From Clostridia bacterium (GTDB lineage: Bacteria > Bacillota > Clostridia > Christensenellales > UBA1242): 64,000 nt of DNA. The position numbers and the translations under genes were made by a program. Of the stretch, positions 20,395 to 30,021 are shown piece after piece; the first letter of the stretch is position 1; every line of letters begins with the position of its first letter. The stretch is taken from the NCBI GenBank assembly GCA_900768545.1, contig CAAGDD010000004.1, positions 17,250 to 81,249 on the forward strand. Direction: 5' to 3'. The notes beneath the pieces were generated by a model. The model searched no databases, was not told the origin of the DNA, and was given only the letters and a program-made list of their open reading frames with translations.

Positions 20395-20423
20395 ATGATA
20401 AAACATAATTTTTCGTTTGTCAA
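20395..20423 (-). promoter_or_regulatory. Sigma-A-type promoter for leader and ABC exporter
   Basis: Minus strand TTGACA - 17 nt - TATCAT. Confidence 0.55.
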
Positions 20424-20638
20424 GAAAAATTTTAAAAATTTCAACAAATTTTAATTATTTTGTTAATTTTTGCTTGTTTTTTGTGTTTTTTTGCCCATTT
20501 TTCGGCATTTTTGTAATTATTTTTTAATATTAAATTTATTTTTAAATTGTTTTTAATAATATTTTTTTAATAATTTTGATGAATTTAAAAATTATTATTT
20601 TGATTTTTTTTACAATTTTTATTTATTTTTTTCTTATT

Positions 20639-20980
20639 TTATGAGCGATAATCATAAGCGATTTTGTTTTTCTTTTCACCAAGCAAATTTAAAATAAATC
20701 CGTTTTCGACCTTGCACCACCAATGCGGATCTTGCTTTGGCAAATCTTTCAAAATTTCAGCGTTTGACTTTTGCCCGTCTTCGATCGTTTTGATATCTCC
20801 AACATAAATAGGAATGTAAATATCTTCTTCGTTGGGCGAATATTTGTAAGAAAAAACAACCATAAATTCGTTATCCCGAATTTCTGGATCGGTCAGCATT
20901 CCAATCATTCCCTTGTGGACATGCTTTTTTGCATACTCTTCTTTTTCAACCAATACTTCAACCAAATCACAATATTTCAT
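20639..20980 (-). CDS. Hypothetical protein, paralog 1 (diverged N-terminal half, shared C-terminal module)
   Basis: 113 aa. The C-terminal 40 aa NAEILKDLPKQDPHWWCKVENGFILNLLGEKKNKIAYDY are identical to the neighbour. The N-terminus loosely resembles small DUF4926-like domains. Confidence 0.6.
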   Translation of the reverse strand: MKYCDLVEVLVEKEEYAKKHVHKGMIGMLTDPEIRDNEFMVVFSYKYSPNEEDIYIPIYVGDIKTIEDGQKSNAEILKDLPKQDPHWWCKVENGFILNLLGEKKNKIAYDYRS

Positions 20981-20991
20981 TTTGCTCCCCT

Positions 20992-21378
20992 TTAAGAACT
21001 GTAATCATAAGCGATTTTGTTTTTCTTTTCGCCAAGCAAGTTTAAAATAAATCCGTTTTCGACCTTGCACCACCAGTGTGGATCTTGCTTTGGCAAATCT
21101 TTCAAAATTTCAGCGTTTGACAAATTGCTTTCTTGGACAACTTCAAGGTCGGCGATATCCACTGGCAAGATTACATCTTCTTTCAATTCGTTTAGGTGAG
21201 TTTCAAACCATTTTGCATCATTTTTGTGCACTTCAAAGTTTTCATCAATAAAATCAACAAGAAAACAATTCTCGCGGATTTCGGCAGAGATTATTCTGCC
21301 AATATTTGACGCAAAAACATTTTGTTTTTTGTATTCGTTTTTGTTGTTTAAAAGTTTTACTTTGTCTAAATATTTCAT
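20992..21378 (-). CDS. Hypothetical protein, paralog 2 (diverged N-terminal half, shared C-terminal module)
   Basis: 128 aa with the same C-terminal module as 20639-20980. Confidence 0.6.
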   Translation of the reverse strand: MKYLDKVKLLNNKNEYKKQNVFASNIGRIISAEIRENCFLVDFIDENFEVHKNDAKWFETHLNELKEDVILPVDIADLEVVQESNLSNAEILKDLPKQDPHWWCKVENGFILNLLGEKKNKIAYDYSS

Positions 21379-21509
21379 TTCAAAATCAATTTTATCACAA
21401 TTATTTTAAAAACACTATTAAAAATATAAAAAAGTCATATCAAAACAATTAAAACGAGAAAACAAATTTTTGTGCGGCAAACTTTTTATGACAAAAAAGT
21501 GATAAGTGG

Positions 21510-22226
21510 GTGGGAGGGATAATAAAATATTTTAAGGAGTATTTTGTGTTTTTGGTGTTGAAGAAAAAGTGGGTTGTGGCGATTTTGTGTGCGATTGTTT
21601 TGATTTGTGGAATTGGAACTTTTTATTCTGTGAGATCGGCGACGGCGCAACCGCGATTTCAAAAGGTTGTTGTTTTAGACGCGGGGCACGGCGGCAAAGA
21701 CGGCGGCGCGGTGGGAAAATTGACTGATGAGAGTCAACTAAATTTGAAATATTGCCTTGTTTTGAAAGAAAAGTTTGAACAATTCGGTTTCAAGGTTGTT
21801 CTAACTCGAAAAAATATGGAAGGGTTATATTCGCCATTTGCAACAAACAAAAAGAAAAGCGAAATGGAAAAGCGCAAGCAAATTATTGAAAGCGCAAACC
21901 CTGATTTGGTGATAAGTGTGCACATGAACAGTTTTCCGTCTTCGAAAGCTCGCGGCGCACAAGTGTTTTATGGACAAGGCAACGAAAGTGGACGAGCCTT
22001 GGCTCAAAGTGTTGGGCAAAGTCTTTCTGGCGAAATTGAATATGCAAAACAGACCGCAAAAGTGGGTGATTATTTCGTTTTGAATTGCACAAACTATCCT
22101 AGTATCTTGGTGGAGTGCGGATTTATTTCAAACCCTGATGAAGAATTGCTTTTGATAAGCGAAGATTATCAAAACAAATTTTGTTATGCTCTTGTTTGTG
22201 GCGTTTTAAAATATTTTAAGTTTTAG
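21510..22226 (+). CDS. cwlD: N-acetylmuramoyl-L-alanine amidase, CwlD-like
   Basis: N-terminal TM, LDAGHGGKDGGAVG, and SVHMNSF...GAQVFY amidase_3 motifs. The size is typical of CwlD. Start may instead be the GTG at 21546, after AAGGAG. Confidence 0.65.
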   Translation: MGGIIKYFKEYFVFLVLKKKWVVAILCAIVLICGIGTFYSVRSATAQPRFQKVVVLDAGHGGKDGGAVGKLTDESQLNLKYCLVLKEKFEQFGFKVVLTRKNMEGLYSPFATNKKKSEMEKRKQIIESANPDLVISVHMNSFPSSKARGAQVFYGQGNESGRALAQSVGQSLSGEIEYAKQTAKVGDYFVLNCTNYPSILVECGFISNPDEELLLISEDYQNKFCYALVCGVLKYFKF

Positions 22227-22347
22227 AGCAAAAATTTCACTTAAAAACATAAAATTTTGTTAAAACTTTTTAAATAATTTTGTGAAAATGTTTGACTAAT
22301 CAACTTGCGCTTTGATATAATCAAATTGAAATATCAAGAGAGGACTT

Positions 22348-23649
22348 ATGATAGAAATATTTAGAATTGCAAATTATGTTTTTTACGCGCTGCTCGGCTT
22401 GTCGGTGTTGTTGCTGATTCCAAAAATTGTTTTCCATTTTATGGGAATGGGCAAGGCGAAAAAATTTCCAAAAGCCCAAAAAGATCATCGTTATGCGATT
22501 TTGATTGCTGCTCGAAATGAGTCAAAAGTCATTGGACAACTTCTCGATTGCATCAAAAATCAAGACTACAATCAAGACTTGTTGCACACCTACGTTATTG
22601 TTGAAAGTTTAGATGATCCTACTTGTGAGATTTGTAAAAAATATAAAAATGTTGAAGTCTTTTTAAGACAACATCTTGAAAGAAAAGGAAAGGGTTATGC
22701 CTTGGATGAATGCTTTTCAAAGATTTTGGCAGAAAACACAAAAGAAGACGAAAAATATGAAGCATTTTTCATTATTGATGCCGACAATATTTTGAAGAAA
22801 AACTTTATTACTGAGATGAACAAATGTTTTGACGCTGGCTTTCAGGTGGCTTGCGGTTATCGAAACAACAAAGACTGGAACGGAACTTGGGTTTCAAATT
22901 GCAGCGGACTTTTATTTACAGATTTCTCAACTTTCAAAGCAAAAGGCAAAGCAAAGGTTGGGCTCAATGTTCAGGCGACAGGAACAGGTTTCTATGTTTC
23001 AAGAGAAATGATTGAAAATTTCCAAGGTTGGAAGTTTAACACATTGACCGAAGATTTTGAATTTTATCTTTACACAGTTTTGACAAATTGCCGTTCGACT
23101 TACAATCACGACGCGATTTTCTATGATGAACAACCAACAAAACTCAAAGTTTCGTGGCGCCAAAGACTTCGCTGGTGCAAAGGTTTCTTCCAAGCGGGAA
23201 AAATTTACAACAAACAAATGTTAAAATCAGCGTTTAAGCGAAACCACAACGGAATTAAACGCGCCTACGACAATTTTGAAGCTTCAACTTCGGTTGTTCC
23301 ACTTGCAGTGTCGATCCTCACAGTTTTGGTATATGGACTTTTCAATTTGGTGCTCGGCATCGTCGGCGCTTGTATGAAAGATCCACTTTGGTATTGGCCA
23401 ATAATTGCGTGCGCTGGCACAGCGGTCGGCTTCTATGTTTTGATGGTTTTATACACAGCATTTATGTTTATCGTTGACAGAGATAGAATTGATATCAAAC
23501 CCCACAAAGCATTGATCGCGTGTCTTACAAATCCATTTTTTATGTGTCTTTACATTCCAATCGTTATTCAAGCACTGTTTACAAAAGATGTTCAATGGAA
23601 ACCTATCGAACACACAATTTTGGTCAGTGAAGACCAGATAAAACAATAA
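22348..23649 (+). CDS. Membrane-integrated family 2 glycosyltransferase (processive type)
   Basis: ARNES, IIDADN (DxD), TEDFEF (TED) and QRLRW (QxxRW) motifs, with N- and C-terminal TM helices. Confidence 0.8.
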   Translation: MIEIFRIANYVFYALLGLSVLLLIPKIVFHFMGMGKAKKFPKAQKDHRYAILIAARNESKVIGQLLDCIKNQDYNQDLLHTYVIVESLDDPTCEICKKYKNVEVFLRQHLERKGKGYALDECFSKILAENTKEDEKYEAFFIIDADNILKKNFITEMNKCFDAGFQVACGYRNNKDWNGTWVSNCSGLLFTDFSTFKAKGKAKVGLNVQATGTGFYVSREMIENFQGWKFNTLTEDFEFYLYTVLTNCRSTYNHDAIFYDEQPTKLKVSWRQRLRWCKGFFQAGKIYNKQMLKSAFKRNHNGIKRAYDNFEASTSVVPLAVSILTVLVYGLFNLVLGIVGACMKDPLWYWPIIACAGTAVGFYVLMVLYTAFMFIVDRDRIDIKPHKALIACLTNPFFMCLYIPIVIQALFTKDVQWKPIEHTILVSEDQIKQ

Positions 23650-23671
23650 AAGAGCGTCAGCTCTTTTTTTT
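23648..23671 (+). terminator. Intrinsic terminator after the GT2 gene
   Basis: AAAGAGC-GTCA-GCTCTTT followed by a T run. Confidence 0.7.
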
Positions 23672-24038
23672 GTTAAGGTGTTGTAGAGTAAGTTTTGTAG
23701 AGTAATATTGTTGGGGGAATTTAAGTGAGTTTTGTTGCGCCGATTTGAAATGTGGGGTGCAAAATTTAACTTTTTTAAAAATGGCGAAAATATTAAAAAT
23801 ATTTGTATTTTCACTTTTTTAGCTTTTTTTTTGCAAAAAATTCACTTTTTTTTGAGTTTTTTATGTGTTTTTTGATATTTTTAAATATTTAAACAAATTA
23901 TTTTTCTATATTTTGATATTTTTTAATAAAAAACTTTTTAAAAATTTTTTGACAAAATAACAACATTTTTGACAAAACTCGGCAGAAAATTGTTAAAAGA
24001 AAATTGTGTTTTCATTTTAAAATCTTTATGAGGTTTTT

Positions 24039-26327
24039 ATGAAAATAAACAAATATCTTAAATTTTTTTTAAATTTGGCAATCTATTTTTTGGTGTTTTA
24101 TCTTTTGTTTAATGCAAGCATCAATATGGTGATTTTTCCATTTGCGTTTGGAATGTTGTTTGCGCTCGCTTGGGCAAATCAAAAAGTTTGGCTCTTGGTG
24201 CCAGCATACATAGGGGCGGGCGTTTTGTATGCTCCAACTTTGGAGCAAGCAATCTGTCTTTTGGCAGTTTCGTTTTGTTTGTTGGTGCCATATTTTATCC
24301 ACGTTTTGTGCAAAAAGAATATGCGAAAGTGGGAGTTTTTTGCTTACGCAAGCATCAGCCAAACTGCGCAAATTGTGTTTGCGATTTTTGCAGACAAACC
24401 AATTTGGCTTGAATTTGTTGCGCTCGTGATTGGACTTTTGTTTATGTTTGCGTGCATCACTGTTTTTGAAGCGGTGATTATTCGTGGGTTTTCAAACAAG
24501 CTTACAAATCTAGAAATTGTTTCACTTTTTGTTATTATCGGTGCGTTTTGTGCGGCTTTAAGTGTTTTGAACATTCAAAATTTCTCACTTTTAAAACTCT
24601 TTGTTGCATTTATTTTGTTGATTTTTGCCTTCTGTTCAACGCCACTTTTGACGCTTCTAGTTGCGTCGGTCGCGGGGATTGGCTCGCTCGTGGCGACAAA
24701 CAATCCGCTTTTTGTCGCACCATTTATTTTGTGGGCGTTGTCTATGCTTTTGTTTAAAAAACGCCACAAAATTTTTATGGTTATTTCGTTTTTGTGTGTC
24801 GAAGTTGTGATTGGATTTTATTTCAAACTTTATTACACTTTTGGTTGGGTTGAAGCGCTGCCTGCGCTAATAGCAAGTTTGGTGTTTTTGTGCATTCCAA
24901 ACAAACTCACGAGCGAAATTGCGGTTATTTTTAACTTGTCAAAAGACCGTTTGGCGATGAAAAATATTGTAAATCGAAATCGCGAAATTTTGCACAAACG
25001 GCTTGGAAATCTGGCGGAAGTTTTTTATGATATGAATGTGATTTATCGAAAAATGCTTAAAACAACGATGTCTCTTGACGATGTTAAGTCGATTTTGGAG
25101 CAAGAAATTTGTGAAAAAATCTGCTCGTTCTGTCCAGAGAGAAATCATTGTCATCGCACCTTTGCCGAAAACACAAAACAGGTTTTTGACCAACTTATTA
25201 CTATCTGTTTTGAGCGCGGAAAGGCAACACTTTTGGATATTCCGTCTTATTTGACTTCGCGTTGCAAGCAGACGACTGCGATTTTGGGCAGTGTCAACAC
25301 ATTGACTTTGCAATACAAAAAATATCTCACAATGTCGAGCGATGTTGACACGAGCAAGGTGATTATCGCTGAGCAACTTCTTGGAGTTTCAAAAGTGGTA
25401 GGGAAACTTTCGAAAGAAGTTGAAGAAAATGTTTCGTTTGACACCGTGCGAGAAAACAAAATTTTGGACGAGTTGACTTATTACAACATTATCTGCATTG
25501 ATGCCGTTGTTTTTCAAAAAGATGTTTGGCAGATGATGACTTCGGTCGTTGTGCGAAACGACGACGCTCAAAAACCACGAATTGCCGAAGTGGTCAGCAA
25601 AGTTTGTGGGCAAAAAATGGCTGTGTATGAAAATTATGCTAGTTCGCGCCCGGGTTATAGCGTGATAAATTTGAGAACTGCGCCAAAATATGATTGTGTG
25701 TTTGGCGTCGCACAAAAAACAAAAAATGGCTCAAAGGTCAGTGGTGACACTTACAGCATAATTAGACTCGACGGCGACAAGATTTTGTTTGCAATAAATG
25801 ACGGAATGGGCAGCGGCGATAAGGCCGAACGGGCGAGTGAACTTTCAATCAGTTTGGTCGAGAACTTTTACAAGGCAGGCTTTGACAACGACATAATTTT
25901 GTCAACAGTCAACAAACTTTTAAATTTGCACAAAGAAGAAATTTTTTCGGCACTTGATATTTGTATTGTTGATGAGAAAAATGGCTTGGCTGATTTTATT
26001 AAAATGGCGTCGCCAAAGTCATATATTTTGAGCGAAGAAAAATGTGAAGAAGTTTGCACAGGTGCGCTTCCAATCGGCATTGTTGACAACATCGAACCGC
26101 TCGTCAAAAAGAATGTTATCGATGCAAAAGATTTTGTGATAATGTTGAGCGACGGTATTGCCGATAGCTTCAAAGATGACCAAGAATTTGTTGATTGTTT
26201 GAAGTCGATCAAGACAAAAAATCCACAAGAAATTGCTGACCAAATTTTGGAAAGAGCGCTCGCTTGCAACAACGGATATGCGGTCGATGATATGACTGTC
26301 TTGGTTGTAAAAATATTAAATTTTTAA
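24039..26327 (+). CDS. spoIIE: Stage II sporulation protein E (PP2C phosphatase)
   Basis: 762 aa with about 10 N-terminal TM helices and a C-terminal PP2C domain (GDTYS..., INDGMGSGDKA, DDMTVLV). Confidence 0.9.
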   Translation: MKINKYLKFFLNLAIYFLVFYLLFNASINMVIFPFAFGMLFALAWANQKVWLLVPAYIGAGVLYAPTLEQAICLLAVSFCLLVPYFIHVLCKKNMRKWEFFAYASISQTAQIVFAIFADKPIWLEFVALVIGLLFMFACITVFEAVIIRGFSNKLTNLEIVSLFVIIGAFCAALSVLNIQNFSLLKLFVAFILLIFAFCSTPLLTLLVASVAGIGSLVATNNPLFVAPFILWALSMLLFKKRHKIFMVISFLCVEVVIGFYFKLYYTFGWVEALPALIASLVFLCIPNKLTSEIAVIFNLSKDRLAMKNIVNRNREILHKRLGNLAEVFYDMNVIYRKMLKTTMSLDDVKSILEQEICEKICSFCPERNHCHRTFAENTKQVFDQLITICFERGKATLLDIPSYLTSRCKQTTAILGSVNTLTLQYKKYLTMSSDVDTSKVIIAEQLLGVSKVVGKLSKEVEENVSFDTVRENKILDELTYYNIICIDAVVFQKDVWQMMTSVVVRNDDAQKPRIAEVVSKVCGQKMAVYENYASSRPGYSVINLRTAPKYDCVFGVAQKTKNGSKVSGDTYSIIRLDGDKILFAINDGMGSGDKAERASELSISLVENFYKAGFDNDIILSTVNKLLNLHKEEIFSALDICIVDEKNGLADFIKMASPKSYILSEEKCEEVCTGALPIGIVDNIEPLVKKNVIDAKDFVIMLSDGIADSFKDDQEFVDCLKSIKTKNPQEIADQILERALACNNGYAVDDMTVLVVKILNF

Positions 26328-26470
26328 AAAATGTTAAAAATTTGTCCAAAATATCAAAAAAAATCACAAAAATTATTAATTTTTTGCTAAAAGTATTGTC
26401 TTTTTGAAAATATTTCTGTATAATTACACTTGTTGAAATTACAAAATATTTTTTAAAAAGGGTGTTGATT

Positions 26471-27808
26471 ATGGAAAAAATTTTGGATTTTATTAAGAAA
26501 AACAAACTTATTCGTGCAGGCGAAGTTGTGGGCGTTGGCGTAAGCGGCGGCATTGATTCGATGTGTTTGTTGCACTTTTTAAACGAACATAAAAACCAAC
26601 TTGACATCGATGTTGTGGCTATTCATATCAATCACGGGATTAGAGAAGAGAGCGACAACGAAGCAAGTTTTGTTTTGCAAAAGTGTCGTGAAATGGGTAT
26701 AAGAGTTTACAAATTTACCATTGACAGCCCAAAGATAGCAAAAGAAAAAAGAATCAGTCTTGAAACAGCAGCGCGCGAAGGTCGCTATGGTGTTTTTGAT
26801 GCTTTGGTTAGAAAAGATATAGTTGACAAGATTGCTCTTGCGCATCATCAAATGGATCAAGCCGAAACAATCTTGATGCACATTTTTAGAGGTTGTGGTG
26901 TTTCTGGCGCAAAGGGAATGGAACCTATTAGAGATGGAATTTATATCCGTCCAATGCTCAATGTTTCAAAAGACGAGATCAAAGAATATGCAATGACAAA
27001 TTCGATTGATTATGTTGTTGATTCAAGCAATGTTGACAATTCTTATGCGCGCAACTATGTTAGAAATGTTGTTATGAAAGACATTTTGAAAAAATGGCCA
27101 AACGCGGTCGAAGCGATCAACAATTTTGCAAACGCAGTTTCGGAAGATGACGAATACATCAAAAAATCTATTGACACAAACTCACTTTTGGTCGATGAGA
27201 AAATTGTTCAAATGCCTTGCAGTTATTTCCATGGCAGCAGTGCAATTTACAGCAGAATGGTGTTTAAAGCACTTTCTCTTATTGGCGTAACAAAAGATAT
27301 TGAAAGAAAGCATATCGAAATGATCAAAGACTTGGCGACAAATCTTGACAATGGTAAAAAAATTAGATTGCCTTATGATATTACAGTAAGCAAAGAATAT
27401 GATTTTCTCACTTTTGAAAACAATTATGTTGAAAAACCAGAACTTTCACGCCCACTTAAATGTGAAGAATTTGATGCGATCAAGTTTGGCACAGTTTCAA
27501 TCAAACGTGTAAAAACCGAAGGTTTGATCGAGCCAAATGCACTTTATTTTGACTATCGAAAAGTTCCAAAAAATGCTCGTTGGAGATATCGTGAAGACGG
27601 CGACATTTTCGAAAAATTTGGCGGCGGAACAAAGAAGCTTAAATCAGTTTTGATTGACAAAAAGATCCCTGTTCGTCTTCGTGATTATATTCCTGTTTTG
27701 GCTGACGGAAACGAAGTTTATGTTATTGCTGGTGTTGAAATCAGTGACAAGGTGAAAGTTGATAGTGATGTTCCAACATGCTACAAACTCACAGTTGAAA
27801 AGAAATAA
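26471..27808 (+). CDS. tilS: tRNA(Ile)-lysidine synthase
   Basis: PP-loop GVGVSGGIDS with the TilS substrate-binding and C-terminal domains. An alternative GTG start lies at 26462. Confidence 0.85.
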   Translation: MEKILDFIKKNKLIRAGEVVGVGVSGGIDSMCLLHFLNEHKNQLDIDVVAIHINHGIREESDNEASFVLQKCREMGIRVYKFTIDSPKIAKEKRISLETAAREGRYGVFDALVRKDIVDKIALAHHQMDQAETILMHIFRGCGVSGAKGMEPIRDGIYIRPMLNVSKDEIKEYAMTNSIDYVVDSSNVDNSYARNYVRNVVMKDILKKWPNAVEAINNFANAVSEDDEYIKKSIDTNSLLVDEKIVQMPCSYFHGSSAIYSRMVFKALSLIGVTKDIERKHIEMIKDLATNLDNGKKIRLPYDITVSKEYDFLTFENNYVEKPELSRPLKCEEFDAIKFGTVSIKRVKTEGLIEPNALYFDYRKVPKNARWRYREDGDIFEKFGGGTKKLKSVLIDKKIPVRLRDYIPVLADGNEVYVIAGVEISDKVKVDSDVPTCYKLTVEKK

Positions 27809-27835
27809 CAAAAATAAAAAATATCAAAACTATAT

Positions 27836-27876
27836 GAAAAAAGCATTAAAAAATTAAATTCTTAATGCTTTTTTGT
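27836..27876. terminator. Bidirectional terminator between convergent genes
   Basis: AAAAAGCATTAA ... TTAATGCTTTTTT. Confidence 0.7.
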
Positions 27877-27904
27877 TGTTTTTAACGCTTTTTTTATTAT
27901 TTTT

Positions 27905-28897
27905 TTAAATTTGAGTAAGTTTTTCGAGTGTGATGCTGAAAACATTTTTCAATGCTTCTCTTGTGAAAAGACGGTATTTTTGGCAGCCGCTTTCAAACAT
28001 AATATAAACTTTGTCGTTTGCGATTGTAATCTCTTCACTCATGCAAGGAGCACTGGTTGTCTTTTGAAGATTTGATTCTTGTAGAGTGTAGTGCTCGATT
28101 TCGACGCCGTCAATTTCGATTGTGTCAGAAGCTCCTGACAAAACATTTTCATAAACATAAAGTTTTGAGTTTGGCAAAGAATAAGATGTTGACAAGATGA
28201 TGTTGTTTGAAGTGATGACCATTCCTTGAACGAGCGATCCGCTTGACAATGCGCAGTTTGCTGTTGTGCTAGCGACGCCGTTGCTTTGACTGTTGTCGAT
28301 ATCAAAACGCAAATGCAAAGCTTTCAAGTCGTTTCCTTTTTCCGATTTGATATGGTGAGAATCTGGGGTGTCATATTTTCCGTCTTTATGAAATTCTCCA
28401 ACCCAAAGATAATTTCCATCAACTGTCACAAAGTCGGCTCCATTTTTTGGATCAAAACTTGCTTCGATCGCGATTGAACTTCCGTTTTCAACATTTTCAA
28501 TTTCAGAAAATGCAAAAACATTCACTTTTTTGTCGCCAACGACCCAAACTTTAACTCCGTTTGTGGCAATTCCGCCAGCGTGTCCAACATAATCTTTTTC
28601 GCCGTCTTTTAATGTGAAATATTTTGTTGTTTGATTTGTTTCGCCGTCAACAACATAAATGCGTGATGCTGTGCCGTTCTTCATATATCCGCAAGTCAAA
28701 AATTGATTTGTCGCATCGTTGTAGCAAAGTCCCTGTGGGGTGAAGCCATCACTCAAACCTGCAATTTCAAATTCTTTTGTTGCGATTGGATAAAATTGTT
28801 TGTAACTATCACCAAAATACCAAGACAAAAGAAAAATGGTGATCACTGCCAAAATGCTTGCAAAAACTATGGTAGTTATTTTTTTTGCTTTACTCAT
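27905..28897 (-). CDS. Hypothetical membrane-anchored extracytoplasmic protein (beta-rich)
   Basis: MSKAKKITTIVFASILAVITIFLL signal anchor follows GGAGG. No family confidently recognised. Confidence 0.5.
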   Translation of the reverse strand: MSKAKKITTIVFASILAVITIFLLSWYFGDSYKQFYPIATKEFEIAGLSDGFTPQGLCYNDATNQFLTCGYMKNGTASRIYVVDGETNQTTKYFTLKDGEKDYVGHAGGIATNGVKVWVVGDKKVNVFAFSEIENVENGSSIAIEASFDPKNGADFVTVDGNYLWVGEFHKDGKYDTPDSHHIKSEKGNDLKALHLRFDIDNSQSNGVASTTANCALSSGSLVQGMVITSNNIILSTSYSLPNSKLYVYENVLSGASDTIEIDGVEIEHYTLQESNLQKTTSAPCMSEEITIANDKVYIMFESGCQKYRLFTREALKNVFSITLEKLTQI

Positions 28898-29140
28898 AAA
28901 ACCTCCATGTTTAGAGTTTAGCATTAAATTTGATTTTGGTCAAACAAAAACAAAGTTTTTCTGTTAAAATTTAAAATGTTTTAAAATCAGTTTGAAATTT
29001 CTTCTTTAATTGTTATAATAGCAATATAATAACAATGTATTAGTATTCAACGATGTGCAAAATTACTTAAAAAATTTTAACTATTTTCTTGATTTATTTT
29101 TTGCACTGGTGTATAATGTTTGTAAGTGTGGAGGTTTTTT

Positions 29141-29989
29141 ATGAAAATAGCTATTACTGCTGAAAGTACAATAGATTTGCCAAAAGAATTATTGGAAAAA
29201 TACGATATCAAAACTGTTCCTTTTATGGTTTTGCTTGGAGACAAAGATTTTAAAGATGGAGAAATTACTTCAAAAGAAATTTTCGAATTTGTAGAAAAAA
29301 ACAAAGTTTTGCCAAAAACTTCGGCTGTAAATTCGGAACAATACCACGAATTTTGGACTGAAATTTTGAAGTCTTATGATGCTATCGTTCATGTTACATT
29401 GTCAAGTGAAATGAGCAGTGCTTGGTCGCACGCTGTTGAAACTGCAAGTGAAATGAAAAATGTTTATGTTGTTGATTCAAAATCGCTTTCGACAGGAATT
29501 GCTCTTTTGGCTATCAATGGAAGAAAATATGCCGATCAAGGAATGGAGCCTGCGGATATCGCGAAAAAGCTTGAAGAAAGAGTGCCTTCTGTTCAAGCAA
29601 GTTTTGTTTTGAAAGAATTGAAATATCTTTACAAAGGCGGCAGATGCTCGGCACTTGCTTACTTTGGGGCAAACTTGTTTCAACTTCGTCCACAAATCAT
29701 TGTTAAAGACGGAAAAATGGGAGCTTACAAAAAGTATCGCGGAAATATGGACAAAGTTGTTTCAGCTTATTGTCGTGACACTTTGGCAGAGTTTAACAAT
29801 CCTGATTTGAGCGTGGCTTTTATAACATACACAACAGCCACAGATCAAATGGTCGAAAATGCAAGAGTTGCTTTGAAAGAAAAAGGTTTTAAAGAAATTT
29901 ATGCAACAACAGCTGGAGGCACAATTTCAAGCCATTGCGGAGAAAACACTCTTGGAATTTTGTATATGAATGACGGAGATAAAAATTAG
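29141..29989 (+). CDS. DegV family fatty-acid-binding protein
   Basis: MKIAITAESTIDLP... with the TSAVN and YLYKGGR patterns typical of DegV. GGAGG lies upstream of the ATG at 29141. Confidence 0.85.
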   Translation: MKIAITAESTIDLPKELLEKYDIKTVPFMVLLGDKDFKDGEITSKEIFEFVEKNKVLPKTSAVNSEQYHEFWTEILKSYDAIVHVTLSSEMSSAWSHAVETASEMKNVYVVDSKSLSTGIALLAINGRKYADQGMEPADIAKKLEERVPSVQASFVLKELKYLYKGGRCSALAYFGANLFQLRPQIIVKDGKMGAYKKYRGNMDKVVSAYCRDTLAEFNNPDLSVAFITYTTATDQMVENARVALKEKGFKEIYATTAGGTISSHCGENTLGILYMNDGDKN

Positions 29990-30017
29990 TCGTGCGTTTG
30001 CATGACTTTTTTTATGC
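29990..30017 (+). terminator. Intrinsic terminator after degV-family gene
   Basis: GTCGTGC-GTT-TGCATGAC hairpin (one G-U pair) followed by TTTTTTT. Confidence 0.65.
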
Positions 30018-30021
30018 GGTG

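Noticed and set aside
20400-20640. An AT-rich 240-bp spacer looked at first like a possible repeat array or CRISPR-like region. So did the 62720-63050 spacer with its 19-nt A-rich tandem units.
   Set aside because: There are no regularly spaced repeats with unique spacers. The sequence is only low-complexity A/T runs. No cas genes are present in the window.
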